A stretch of DNA of 64,000 nucleotides, taken from the NCBI GenBank assembly GCA_965649765.1, contig OZ287748.1:91574001-91638000 (forward strand), in the 5' to 3' direction. This stretch comes from Bispira polyomma. Its lineage: Eukaryota. The translations under genes were made by a program, and so were the position numbers. Shown here one piece after another: positions 1 through 12,624 of the stretch (its first letter is position 1; each line of letters opens with the position of its first letter). The notes below the pieces were generated by a model that did not search any database, was not told where the DNA came from, and worked only from the letters and a program-made list of their open reading frames with translations.

Positions 1-1129
1 ATAAGATGTCAGCAACGTGCAAAAAATATTCTCATTCAGTCTATAACTATTGTAAATTTGAAAACTTCTACATGGAATAAAATGTTGAAGTTCATTGGAT
101 ATTTTGACCAATATAAATAACTGTCACTATGTATGAGCTTAATAGCAGAAATAGGTGTTTTGCAAAATTTTGACTGATACAGAATATGGTTAATTACTAA
201 ATTTTATGTATGCCTGTATAGTAAAGTATTTGCAGTTTGCAATTTAGAAAGAAAGAACATCACTTAAGTACATTTCTGATACATTTACATTTCTGTTTGT
301 AGCTTCTATTCATTTAAGATGTCACAAAATCTATATTAACTATTTTTGATCAAAGCTTAACAAGAAAAGTGTTTGCATCAATTTCCCAAGCATTGGCATG
401 TGTGCTACAGTCAGAGGCAAAGTAGGTTAACCATATTCATATGGAAATCAGTGACTGCTATTTGGTTCAGAAACTGATTAATAAGATAGTCCAATAGACA
501 TCACAATAATAAAATAATTTCTCAAAATAATGAACATGTTGATCTTGCTTACCCTTGTTAAGCACAATAATAATAAACATGGAGAGGACAAGTATTTAAA
601 CAAGCATACATTTTACACACAAATACCAGGAAGGTTCATTAACTCCAACACAAGGGCTCTTAAAATAAAATAGCAAATCCAATGTCACACACAAATAAAT
701 GGCAGCTGAAATAACCTGAAAGATATTTTAGCTGACATTACTGGTACCTGATTCTTTAGTCATTCACAATCTTATGCTCAAAATGAGACTAAAGTTTCTA
801 TAGCAGAAGTGCTTCGAGGACGTTTGTAAGCTTACATGTAACACTTTCAAGTACAACAATAACAGACAGGGATGCCAAAACACCACAAACTTTGGGTGAA
901 ATCAGACCACGATGTTGCATACCCACACACACTAATGAATCTTTGAATCAAACTCCCTCAGCCTCATAGTTTCCGAGAACTGGCCTGGAGAAGCTTTGTC
1001 ACCAGTCGTCTATTAGGTCATTCAGATGCCTCCCCTGTCCATCCAGATAACCCAGGGTAAAAACAATACCCTGTAGCCTATATATATAAAGGATGCAGGG
1101 TAAGAATGTCATAATGCATGTAACGACCA

Positions 1130-3120
1130 TGCATAGTAAATCTATCTTAGAAAGAAGTGAACTTCATTCAGGTCAGTACAAACCTTCAACATTTACAACA
1201 GCTGATGAGAAGTACAGGTTAAAAAAGCGGATCACCAAACAGACAAAAGCATAATGGTATTTATTTGAGGTTGTCAAGTTGGCAAAAATGATGTTTGTGT
1301 TATTTGCATCATTTGTTTAGGACAGCAGTAATCGCATGTGTCAGTGGTGTTCGATAGGACGAAGTACCTAAGATTAGACCCATACTTCACCAAATAGCCT
1401 CTATTGTTGAGTGTGTATGAATATTTAATGATCTCAAACCTGTGGGTGGGTGGCTGGCTTAGACCAGGTAGTAGTTCACAGCAACAGGGAGGGATGAAAC
1501 TCAATGTATATAGCTGATGAAAGTTTGATGGTTCACAGAAGTCAGTTTAGTTAAGGACTAATCTAATAGCAAGCTAAGGCAGTGCAATACATTTTTAGGC
1601 AAAACAGGGTTGTTTTTCAGGCATTACATAAATTTTTATTTATTGTTAAAGCATTTATATAGTGTTGAATTGACAAATACATCCTATCAGGTGATTCTTC
1701 CCCAAGACGGGATAGTCCTACCACATAGCATTGGTTGTCATCTGCAGGGCAATGGCACAAATTTTGTCCTTCTAATGAAGATCAATTTTATTATCCATGA
1801 ATAAAATCAAGAAAATAATATAAACATCAACTTATTGACTAAAGATCAAAACAATTTTGAAACAAGATTAGTTTATGATGTCATTTTCAATAAAATTACA
1901 GAGTAAATGGTATATGCAATTAAACACAGATGACTGTTGTTACTCAACACTCGGTCTCTTAAATAGGTGTATATCTTAGTCAACACTTTCTTGCTTTGAA
2001 CACACAAACAGTAGATACAGGAGTACTTTTGTTGTAACAGATCCAATATCCCCAAGGGATGGTATCTCTCTGCGTTCCTGCACCATTATCATTTCAAAGA
2101 TATCACTTTTATAAGCAGCGATGTTTGATCATCAAATGTTTGTATTCACAAAAACTTTATCTCGGCATGTTGACATAGACTGTTATATATTTGATTTTCC
2201 ATGTAATATGCAATGCTCATTACCTACAATGACTACATTTTAAACTCTTTGTTGACTAAAATGACATTTTTACTGTTAGGAAGGTCGTTAGTCCTATTAA
2301 TAATTTTGGTTTGCGATTTCACACAGTGCTTCAGCACTAGTTTGCTTCACCACCTATATCTCTACCTACAAAATCCATTCCGTGGGAACACTTTGAAAAA
2401 CATTGGATAACCCTATTTATTAGGCACAATTTTTTTTTCAGCTTTTCAACCTGATTAGCATCTATAAACAATAACAGGGGAAGGTTCACCTTCATCCAAC
2501 ACTAAGATAACACAGAAAATATCCTAATATCACATTTGAGGCAGGGACAAATTCCCAACGCCACAAGTGTGACTTTAGGATTCCTGAAAAGGTTTTTACC
2601 ATAACTGGTTTAGACCTTTAAATCTAGTGGATTACATATCAGTGCAAAGTGTACCAGTATTTAAGTTAAAGAAAAGATTGTAATAATGGTGTTAAACCAG
2701 TGTTTTTTTACTGATATAATACAATTAGGTCATAAAAACTGCTCAAATTTGCTATTTAAAGGCAATAACCTTCAGACTGACCTGGGACTTTTATCAAGGA
2801 CAGAATAGTTCTCAGAATTGCCAAATGTATTTATTTTCATTGGTTTTGCTCCCATATAGCACTTTTAAATTACAACAGTCATGTGTCCCCACAAACTATG
2901 TAACTCAACCCACATTGTTTCCTCTCACTAACATACCCTACACTACTTGAAAGCCAACGTAAATGTTGCTAATTTGTCACCTACATTGGTACTAAATTGT
3001 GTCTTGGTGTTTAGTTTGACAATTTCATTTTTATTATCTTCACAAAGTTTTACATATTTGTCACATAGTATTTATTGTACATGTAATGCTCTGATTGATA
3101 TCTTTAATTACATCCAGGGT
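1130..3120 (+). pseudogene. Decayed Toll-like receptor ectodomain (psi1)
   Basis: Translation across stops and frameshifts: IVNLS*KEVNFIQVSTNLQHLQQLM (LRR, ~1130); FTITGL..YLS*RKDCNNGVKPVFF..LLFKGNNLQ..FSELPNV (2590-2830); LRRCT-like LSHSIYCTCNALIDIFNYIQ (3058-3120). No TM or TIR recognised. Confidence 0.65.
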
Positions 3121-4212
3121 GCATTTAAATATAAACTCAAGCTCCAGTTTCAAAACTCATGTTCAAACCAAACAGTCTTCATAGCTCTAGCAAAACATCC
3201 AGGGTCTGAGTTTAAAGACTCACCTCTGCACTGAATATAGTTGAAAAATGAATAAATCAGTTGTATCACATGAATATCTATCAATTAGAAAGTCCAAATA
3301 AACTCTAGGGTCCATAATCACAAATGGCTTTGGATGGCTACTTTTAGTCTTAGTGTAAAGTTCAAAGTTAAAACTACGCAAAGATATTTTCTTACTGGCA
3401 TTGAGATTAAGACCAAAATCTTCACCTCTTTGGTCAAAATCAAGGACTAAAATCGCAAGCTTAAGACTAAGTTAAGACTAGGACCTATGAATTTGGCCTT
3501 ATGTTAAATTTAACCAAATCTAACTTTGAGCTTGACTTCCTTTCCAGAATATTAGTAGAGGATTCTGTAGTAGGTCTTTTAAGATGCACAATGGCAGTTT
3601 CATTTTTTGTGTGTAATACCAGTATTCATCAAAAGAGGGTATTAATTTTTGTCATGGAAATAAAGTCTGAATGTGCGTGCTTTGTATTGCAAATAATGAA
3701 CAGCACTTCCGGCGAAATAATAAGTCTGTAAGTCCATTATACCAGGAGGCCGTCCATTTTTTTGCCAAACAAAGTACAAGCATAAGGTGTTTATTTGTAT
3801 TATAAATAGCATCTACACGGTATTTCCTTAACTTTTACTATGATCAAGAACCCCAAAAACCGTTTTTCTTGTTTTGAGGCTATTTCCAAGGTTCCACCAT
3901 TTTGGCATCTATTATTCTGGGTACAACTTGCTTACTTTCGAGATTTGCACATTTCTGGTTTTGATAATTTACACCCGCGGTGGCCGAGTTGAACGGTAAA
4001 TGGAGAAATACCGCCATAAATCACCATTTATTTGTGCAATACTATACTTTTTGGTATCGTTCTAAAGAGGAGAGTCTTGTCCATAAAATACACAGCCTTT
4101 AAAAATATATTTACAAACCGTAGTTAACTATGATGATAAATGAAGAAAATTTCCCCCAAATTTTCGTTTTTGAAGTTGAATGACTGGCAAACGGCCAATA
4201 CATGTTTTGGTT

Positions 4213-4435
4213 GGTTCGCGCTAAATTCCGTAGTGGATTCGCGCTAAATCCCGTAGTGGATTCGCGCTAATTCCCGAAAAATTAGGAATACAGTAAAATG
4301 TACATTACACATACAGAACATATTTTATTTCATAATAACAAAACAAAATCAGAAATACAGTAAAATGTACATTACACATACAAAAAAATCATTTTATTTC
4401 ATAATAAAAAAAACCCAGGAATACAGCAAAATGTT
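4213..4435 (+). repeat. Two short tandem arrays inside the TIR element (23-bp unit x~2.6; ~68-bp unit x~2.3)
   Basis: TTCGCGCTAAATYCCGTAGTGGA repeated at 4215-4276; GAATACAGTAAAATGTACATTACACATACA... repeated at 4286-4435. Confidence 0.85.
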
Positions 4436-5669
4436 CAATAAATGTGTTAAAGAGTGTATTAATCAGGTATGTCTTATTTTGTTATAATCTATTATAAAAT
4501 AATCCAAAAAAAGTAAAGAAAAAAAATATTAGCTTAGACATTTATTTTTATTTTTTGCTATACCTGTAGAATTTTATCATAACTTTGTTAATATTCCATG
4601 AATTTTCATTTTGCAAAAAGTGACATAATTTAGAATTATGTGACTCTCAGAACAGGGAACCAAATTTTCTTGAACATTTCAAACTCTTAAGATATAGAAT
4701 TTTTATCAATGTCTTATCCTTACAAATTCGATTTTATTAAAAAAAGAATTTAACTTTCATTTCAAAATGTTATATTTAGTCAAAATTGAATATATTTTCA
4801 GTTTTGAAAAAATATTTCAAACCAGAACATATTCTCTTTAATATCATATGTGTGTTATATTCATAGGTTATATAGTTTTCTGAGCTAGAAATATTAAATC
4901 AATTGCCTTCCTCAAAATATTGTGAATTTTTAAAATTTCTCAGGTAGCAACTCTTTGAACTAATCTTTCGCAGCTATTATATAAAATATTTTTATCCTGT
5001 AAAAAGTCTCAGAAAGCCTATTCATCTAGCTTCACGAATATGTAATTTGAATAATATGAACACATACACTCACTGATATATGAGCATTTAAGCAATAACA
5101 TCCACTCTAAAATCTGCCAATTTTAACAATTTTGGATAAACAGTCCAACTTTAAAAATAATATCTTTATAATGATTTTATTGACTTAAAATTTGTGATTT
5201 TCATCACAAAGTACAAATTAAGAGCTTTCTGGTGATACAAAAACGAAAATTTTAGGTCAAGTATTTATATAAAGACAGCCATTCAAGCAATTAACTTGGA
5301 TGAAATCGCCCTGCTCATATGTTTTTGTGGTGTTTTGTAGTTCTTCAGACAAAAAATGCAAACCTATAGTTCATCATACGTTTGTATAGATGTATGTTAT
5401 CTGGTACTTTTTACAGAATAAAAATTTATCATACAACAGTTTAGAAAGTTTAAGTTGAAAGGAGTTACTTATTAGCTGGAATTACTCATAACCATTTATT
5501 TGTATTCAATTGTCCATAATAAAAGCTTGGACTGGACCTTTGGCCTTTCGTAGTTGTAAGTGATATTATATTACAATCAGGGTAACTTATATCATTATTC
5601 ATTAAAGCAATGTTGGTCAACTCTTAGGTTTCTAAATGCTCTTGCTTTCCAGTCCACCTTGAATAAGTA

Positions 5670-5856
5670 ACAATCATCAGCACACTGTCATATAATCTAC
5701 CATTTGGGGTGGGGAAAGCCTCACATACTAGTTGATCAAGAATCAATACTAAAAATCACCAGGCATTGGCAACTGACAACTTTCCGACATAAAACCACAA
5801 CCAAGATTCCAACAAACGACTTCAGAGGTAGGAGGTGAATTGGTTGACCACTACAG
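5670..5856 (-). mobile_element. Old degenerate tRNA-derived SINE
   Basis: Similar to the SINE at 54105-54327 (gttgatcaag...caactttcc.acat...tcagaggt.ggagg). Confidence 0.5.
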
Positions 5857-6292
5857 TGTCAGTGTTGAAATTATATATTAAACTTACATCATCAATGTAG
5901 TTAAACACAGAAACTATAGGATGCCTAAAAAAAGTTAACAGTAAACGCAGCTAAAAAGACTTATGGAAATGCTTGAATAGTTTCTACCATAGCCATTATA
6001 AATTGTTCTCTTTCTGAATTGAAAGCTTATTGATAAGGTTTTTGGATGTACCTGATGTATCTGTTACATTTTACACCATAACCTCCAGAACTTAAATATT
6101 CAAGTATTATAACAATCGGCAGAGCTAGTTCAACGCTTCGCGTGGAATTAAAATTAGAATTACGAGCTAACTAAAGCGTGGCCTAAAAAATTATACTTCA
6201 AACAATAAATGGTAGGCCGATTGCTGTAGTGCAGGATTCTTTTGTCCTGCCTCTCTTACTACATTTTAGAGAGAAGGAGACATCTGCCAACA

Positions 6293-6520
6293 GATCTGAA
6301 AACAAAGGGGTATTTTCTGGGAGGGTCTCCTGTGGCTGGACATTATCTGTAACAAGAGGGGTATTTTTCTGGAGGGTCCATTGTGGCTGGACAACATCTA
6401 CAGCAAAAGGGGTATTTTCCTGGAGGGTCTTATGTGGCTGGACAACATCTGAAACAAGAGGGGTATTTTCCTGGAGGGTCCATTGTGGCAGGACAACATC
6501 AGCAAAAAGAGGGGTATTTT
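6293..6520. repeat. 51-bp minisatellite x~4.5, probably a coding-derived 17-aa repeat
   Basis: Unit ~ACATCTGAAACAAGAGGGGTATTTTCCTGGAGGGTCCATTGTGGCTGGACA, with no length variation. Minus frame reads QENTPLVSDVVQPQxTL repeats. Confidence 0.9.
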
Positions 6521-6567
6521 AAACATGAAAGGATAATTTAATCTCTTATAACCTTGCCATTTCTTGT

Positions 6568-8005
6568 ATGTTAGATATTAACTCACCCACAGTTTATGAA
6601 AAGAAGAAAATCTGCTTTCGACAATATCACAAGATAGACATGGTTCAACTAAAAAATGACCTAAAATCCACCAGCTTTGTTGTTTCTCCATCCGATGATG
6701 TCTCAAAGCTGTATAATCAATATGTTAACTCTCTAAGTTGTCCAAAATCAAAAAAGTCGGCTGTCTTACCTGATGTGGCTTCAAGTGATTTCTGCAAATT
6801 TGATTCAGTTACTGAAGATATGTTTAGAAAGTCACCACCAAGTCATGCATGCTCGACCCCTGCCATAAAGGAATGTATTGATATTCTTCTCCCATCAATA
6901 ACAAAACTGGTTAACAATTCCTTAGCTCAGGGTGTGTTTCCGATTAAGTTGAAAAGGGCTGTTGTCACTTCTCTTATAAAGGCTTCCTTACCAAAAAACG
7001 ACTTACAAAATTATTGACCTGTATCTGGACTATGCTATATGTCAAAATTGATAGAACGGGTAGTGGCCCAACAGCTCAACAGTCATCTTTAAAAATTCAG
7101 CCTACAGAACACATACCAATCAGCATATAAAAATACCACTCAACTGAAACAGCTCTGCTTTATATTAAAATTGATATTCATATGTCTTTATCAAAGGGTG
7201 TTCCCACTGCATTAGTACTGTTAGACTTATCAGCTGCTTTCGATACCATTGGTTACAATGTCCTCATTGAAAGACCAAAAATCTGGTTTGGTCTGAAAGA
7301 CTCTGTCTTACAATGGTTTGTTTCCTATTTGTCAGACAGGTACCAGTCTATTAAAATTGGCGATATAGCCGCTATTCTGTCTGACCTAAAAATGCGGACA
7401 TTTGGTGTGCTGCAAGGGTCGATGCTTGGACTACTCCTATTTTGATTATATACTACACGCCTTAGCAAAATTATTTCCTCCTATTCTTCTCTGAAGTATC
7501 ACTTTTATGCAGATGATACACAGATCTACGTGCACCTTACACCCAACACATCAAGTGGTGCCCTGGATTTGAATTTGAATTTGAATATTTAACGTCCACT
7601 CTAGTACCGTTTAGTAGGTTATATTGGGACGGGTAGAAACGCTGGAAGAAACACTGCATACAGTCGGTCAAGGTTCTGCAGAGAAACCAGCGGCCCACAG
7701 TAAGGAACTACCACCTTTCCCACATAGGCATCGACGGGATTTGAACTCACTCCGCCCAGAGGTGAGAGACCAGTGACTGTGAAGCGCAATGCTTGCTAAC
7801 CACTAGGCCACCGCGGCCCCCAGTGGTGCCCTGGAAGTCCTTCAGAAATGCTTAGCAGATGTTCAAAATTGGATGGCGCTAAATAACCTCAAGCTGAATC
7901 CTGATAAAACTGAATTCATATTGTTTGACTCGGGCACTCAATGTGCTGAACTGTCAGATTCTTTTCCAGTAAACATTCTTGGACAATGTTATCCCCAACT
8001 GATAA
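6568..8005 (+). mobile_element. L2/CR1-clade LINE ORF2 internal fragment (RT), disrupted and interrupted by a SINE
   Basis: LLPSITKLVNNSL, LVLLDLSAAFDTI, GVLQGSMLG, YADD at 7506-7517, LKLNPDKTEFI. Stops and frameshifts present; no 3' tail. Confidence 0.93.
7568..7821 (-). mobile_element. Full-length tRNA-derived SINE (family 1)
   Basis: A box TGGCCTAGTGG, B box GTTCAAATCC, (TTCAAA)n tail; 14-bp TSD AGTGGTGCCCTGGA at 7554-7567 and 7822-7835; two more copies in the window. Confidence 0.95.
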
Positions 8006-10169
8006 AAAAATTGTTTTGTTGAATTTTTATTGATATATTATTGAGTAATTTATACTTTAAATAAATATAAGTAATAAAAAATTTGTTTTATTTGGACAGA
8101 AGATGATATTTATGTTTTAAGTTTAATATTATTTTATACAAAGTTTAATGATGAATGTGACGTCAGATTCACCAAGATGGATATGTCTGTGTGAGAAAAA
8201 CATTGCTTATTATTGTATTCTATTGTATAATTAATGGTTAAACTTATAAAATATACATGCTAGGATAAAAAATTAACTGTGTTTTACAGTTTCTAATATT
8301 TATACGAACATAAGGTATCTGATTTTGTTCTATTTTGCTCTATTTCTGACGTCAGCCGAATTATCGTTCAACTCGGACACCGTTCAACTCGGCCACCGCG
8401 GGTGTACATTAAATTTTAAATATTTTTGACCTAAAAACGTTTGACTTTGCAAAGATACTATTTCTTTTAAAAGTATCTTCATTATATACAATCTATGCAG
8501 GGAAATTATAAATCATACTTTTTCCCTTAGAAAGATAATATTTGTTTTAATCCACAGAAGTGTTTATTGTATAAAATAGATCTGTGAAAATTGTAACAAA
8601 CATTTTTTTTTTATTTCAAATAAAAAGGCTGCATTAAACTCGCCTGACTAACCTCTTCTCAGTTACAATCTGAGCAGATTACATTTTTCTTCCTTTTGTA
8701 AGAATATGTCCATTAAAAAGACATTTTTATGTAATATTGTAGATTGTCGGGATGCTTAAATATCCATTTACTGCAATTTTTGCCAATTTTCGTTTCCCAA
8801 ATTGATTGTGATAAGATGTCATTAACCCACAGAAAATAACCTCGTTCTGTCTGTGATTACTGTTAATAATACAACTTTTAGATACAATAAAACTTCGATT
8901 TCAATCTATTTTAAGGAATTCCACAATAATTCTTAGTCACTGTTAACTGCAGGGATAATTCTAAGCCACATAAATGTTCACTTTAAATAACAACTACACA
9001 AAGGATTGATTTTGAAAAAGTGACTATTTTAAAGTATTGGAGATGTCAGATAGAGGTTTGTAATCTTATCTTAGCATTCTCATCAATCAACGTCTTTCTG
9101 TGCAATCACCTACTGTACAAATGTGATCACATGGCATTTCTCAAGGGAAAATAAGCCTACGCTTCAATGTCGCTGATGCCAGCTGATTTTATATTGGCCG
9201 ATGAGATAAGTTTTTTCAGACTTCGGCTGGTTTATGCTTCCATACAGTCAATGTTTCTGTGTGTCACATTTTATTGGGATCACGTTTTAAATAAATTAAA
9301 TACAGATTCCACAAAAACATCCCAAAATCTGCCATATGCGCCAATTTGTTTTCGCTCTCTGACCGACAAAAATCTTAAGCTTCTGTCAACATCTGATGTC
9401 ATCTGTTATACATCTCATACATGGAAGTTCCACCAGCCGACAAATCTTATACATGAAAATGTATGCTTAGCTCAAACTTAAGTCCATATAGAAATAAATG
9501 ACTCCTATTTTGTCCAAAAACTATGTCAATAAAGACAAAGATTCACAAAGATCATTTTAACTTGTTGTTTTTCTTAAATTGTAAAAAATGTATAAAAAAC
9601 ATTTTATACAGGTACTGGGAAAGGTCATAAAAAGCAATGCAGTCATTAAAATGAAATTATAGCAAATCTATTATGACATACATAAAATACCAATTCAGAT
9701 CTATCTTAATCTGGACTATTTTTCTCCATATGTCAAACAAAAGTTCACCATTGGCATATTATATTTGTCTCTAAAGTTTAGACAATATGTCCATTAAATA
9801 TATTGGAATGTTATATCAAAGATAGTCGATAGCTAAATGTGCTTTTAACACAATTTTTGCCCTTTCTTTTCTTAAATTAAGTGTGATAAGATGTCACCAA
9901 GATGCCAAAACAACTTTTACATCAATTGTTATTCATGGTTAACTAAAGTCCATTGGGTATTTGACTAATATAAATAGTTGTCGCTATGTAAGCTTTATGT
10001 ACTTCATGTAAATGTACTTCCTCAGCATCATAGTTTCCGAAAACTAGCTTGGACAAACATTGGCAGCAGCTTCTCACCAGCCTACCAGATAGATGACCCA
10101 GGTAAAAAAAATGTCATATCCTATATAGATAGGCTGTTGATAACAACATCATAATGCATGTAACAACCA

Positions 10170-11565
10170 TGCATGGTAAATCTATCTGAGGAAGATGTTA
10201 AACTCATCCAGGTCAACAACCTTCAACATCTACAACAGCTGATGACAATTCCATGTCAAAAACCAGGATCATAAAAACAGACTGTCGGACAACATAGATT
10301 CAATGGTATTTATTTAAGGTTCTAAAGTTGGCAAATAATGATTTTTGCGTTATTTGCATCATTTGCTGAGGACAGCAGTAATAGCATGTGTCAGTTGAGT
10401 TCGCTAGGACCAAGGACCATTGATTAGACCAGACTTCACCTCTGTTGTTGTGTATCTGTATGAATAGTTAATTATCTGAAACATGTGGGTGGGTGGCTGC
10501 TTGTACCAGTTAGCTTAAACTCGATGTATCTTGCTGATGAAAGTTTGATGGTTTACAGAAGTCAGTAAATTTTAGGACTAATACATTAATAATGATGATG
10601 ACAGGTAAGTATGGGTAAGACAGTGCAATAAAAGTTTAAGGTTTTCTGGATAATGTAACTAAAACAAAGTTGCTATTCTGGCATTACATGATTATTTATT
10701 TATTGTTGAAGCATTTATATAGTGCTGAATTGATAAATACATCCTATCAGGTGTTTTTTTCTCCAAGAAGGGATAGTCATACCACATAACATTGGTTGTC
10801 AGACAACTCCCAAAACATTAGGCCAAGGTATTTTTAAAATAGATTATGGTTAGTACATTTAAAATCCATTTTATTTATCCATGAATAAAATCAAGAAAAG
10901 TATATAAACATGAACTTCATGACTAAAGATCAAAACAAACCTGAAACAAGATCAGTTGATCATGTGATTTTCAATAAAAGATAAATGGTATATTCATTTA
11001 AACACAGATGACTGTTGTTACTTAACACTCTGTCTTTTAAATAGGTGTATATCTTTGTCAACACTTTCTTATTTTGAACACATGGTATCTCTCTGTCTTC
11101 CTGCACCATTATAATAATTTTACATCTGTATCAGTACCAATATATAAGCTAAAGAAAAGTGATTGTCATAATGATTTTAATATCTACATCAATAAACTGC
11201 TCAAACCTTCAGTGTGACCTTGGACTTTTATCAAGGACAGAACAGTTCTTAGAACTGTCAAATGCAGTTTTCTTTTTATTAGTTGATTAGTTTTGCTCCC
11301 ACATTGAACAATGGAATCACAACAGTCAAGCTTACCCACAAACTATGTAACTCAAACCACATTGTTTCCTCTCACTAACATACACTACACTACTTGAAAG
11401 CCCGAAAATGTTAGTATTTTGTCAACTAGTGGTATTAAATTGTGTCAATTATTTTGTCAATTTCAATTTTATTCTCTTTACATAACAGGATTTTACATAT
11501 GTGTCATACACTGTATTTATTGTACATGTAATGCTCTGATTGGTATCTTTAAATATATCAAGGGT
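10170..11565 (+). pseudogene. Decayed TLR ectodomain (psi2), paralog of psi1 with internal deletions
   Basis: VNLSEEDVKLIQVNNLQHLQQLM; LRRCT-like IHCIYCTCNALIGIFKYIK (~11505-11563); colinear with psi1. Confidence 0.62.
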
Positions 11566-12235
11566 CCATTAAAAAACTCAAGCTCCAGTTGCAAACTCCA
11601 TTTCATACAAAACTGTATTCATAGGTTTAGCAAAAAAATCCAGGGTCTGACTTTATGATTCAGTTGAGCACTGAATGTAGTTACAAAATGAATAGATTAA
11701 TTGTAAGCACCTATCATATGAAATTTTATCAATTGGGAAGTCTCATTAATATCCAGAGGCTGTATTAAAAAAGGGCGCTGACTTAACTTAGTCTTAGTAA
11801 TATTTTTGTCTAAAACATTTAAGACTGCCTACTGTTAGTCTTAGTGTAAAGCTAAAAGTTAACACTGCACAAAAAATTTTATTTTAGCAAATCTGACAGA
11901 AAATAGACGATTGTGCAATTTTATGACGCACAATGGCAGTTTTCTTTTCTGTTTCACAAAAAATATTTATCCAAAAAGGGTATGAATTTGATTCCTGGAA
12001 ATAAAGTCTGAATGTGTATATTTTGTTTTGCAAAGAATGGAGGGACTTCCGGGTAAATAATAAGACTGTGAATCCATTATCCTTGAAGGTCGTCCATTAT
12101 TCACCAAAGTACAAGCATAAGGTGTTTATTTCTAATAAAAATACCATCTACATGATATTTCTTCAATTTTACTCTTATCAACACCCCCCAAATTTTATTT
12201 TTTTTCTAGTTTTTCTAGCTTTTCTAGTTTTTTCT

Positions 12236-12618
12236 AGCTTTGGAAATAAGTATCAAATGGTGAATTTTGAAAATCCCCTTTGGGGAGGGAGACAAAGGGG
12301 AGGTATGTGTTAGGCTTCTGATGAATAGAGCCACAGAGTTATTCTGAAATATATTAATGTCCCAGTGGAATTTGGTAGCCATGTGTTTTATGGAAGCTAT
12401 GTAATTGTTCACCATGTTCACAGATGAACCTGTCTGTACCAAATACTCTAGAAAAGGGATGAAAGAGTGAGTAGTGATGGTTTGTATTCCAGCATAGCAG
12501 TTAAAAGCAATGAAAGTTCTAAACTGGTTCTTGTAAGTTCCTGTGGTCTTAGGACGAAGGGCACTGTTTATTATCTGCCATGCTGATGCTGTGAAATTCT
12601 GAGTGACGTGGTTTTCAC
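12236..12618 (-). pseudogene. DIRS tyrosine recombinase, N-terminal (SAM-like) part only
   Basis: SALRPKTTGTYKNQFRTFIAF..FLEYLVQTGSSVNMVNNYIASIK..KGIF. The catalytic domain is lost at the ~12236 junction. Confidence 0.82.
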
Positions 12619-12624
12619 CTGTAA

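Larger units (their letters stand above)
3972..8404. mobile_element. Non-autonomous TIR DNA transposon (4.4 kb) carrying nested or captured cargo
   Basis: Perfect 26-bp TIRs CACCCGCGGTGGCCGAGTTGAACGGT (3972-3997 and 8379-8404), TA on both flanks, and an extra subterminal copy CGTTCAACTCGG at ~8365. No transposase ORF. Confidence 0.85.
1..9885 (+). repeat. Tandem segmental duplication, unit 1 (paralogous to 9886-18500)
   Basis: 1-130 aligns to 9887-10000; 950-3850 aligns to 10020-12200 with deletions; 8950-9700 aligns to 17610-18510. Roughly 75-80% identity by eye. Confidence 0.9.

Noticed and set aside
1130-3120. Endogenous viral element or alternative genetic code explaining the in-frame stops
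   Set aside because: All three stop types and many frameshifts occur, and the motifs are LRR/LRRCT rather than viral.
6293-6520. CRISPR-like array
   Set aside because: Units are contiguous 51-bp repeats without unique spacers; there are no cas genes and the context is eukaryotic.
7568-7821. tRNA genes at the A/B-box motifs
   Set aside because: They have SINE bodies, simple-repeat tails and TSDs.
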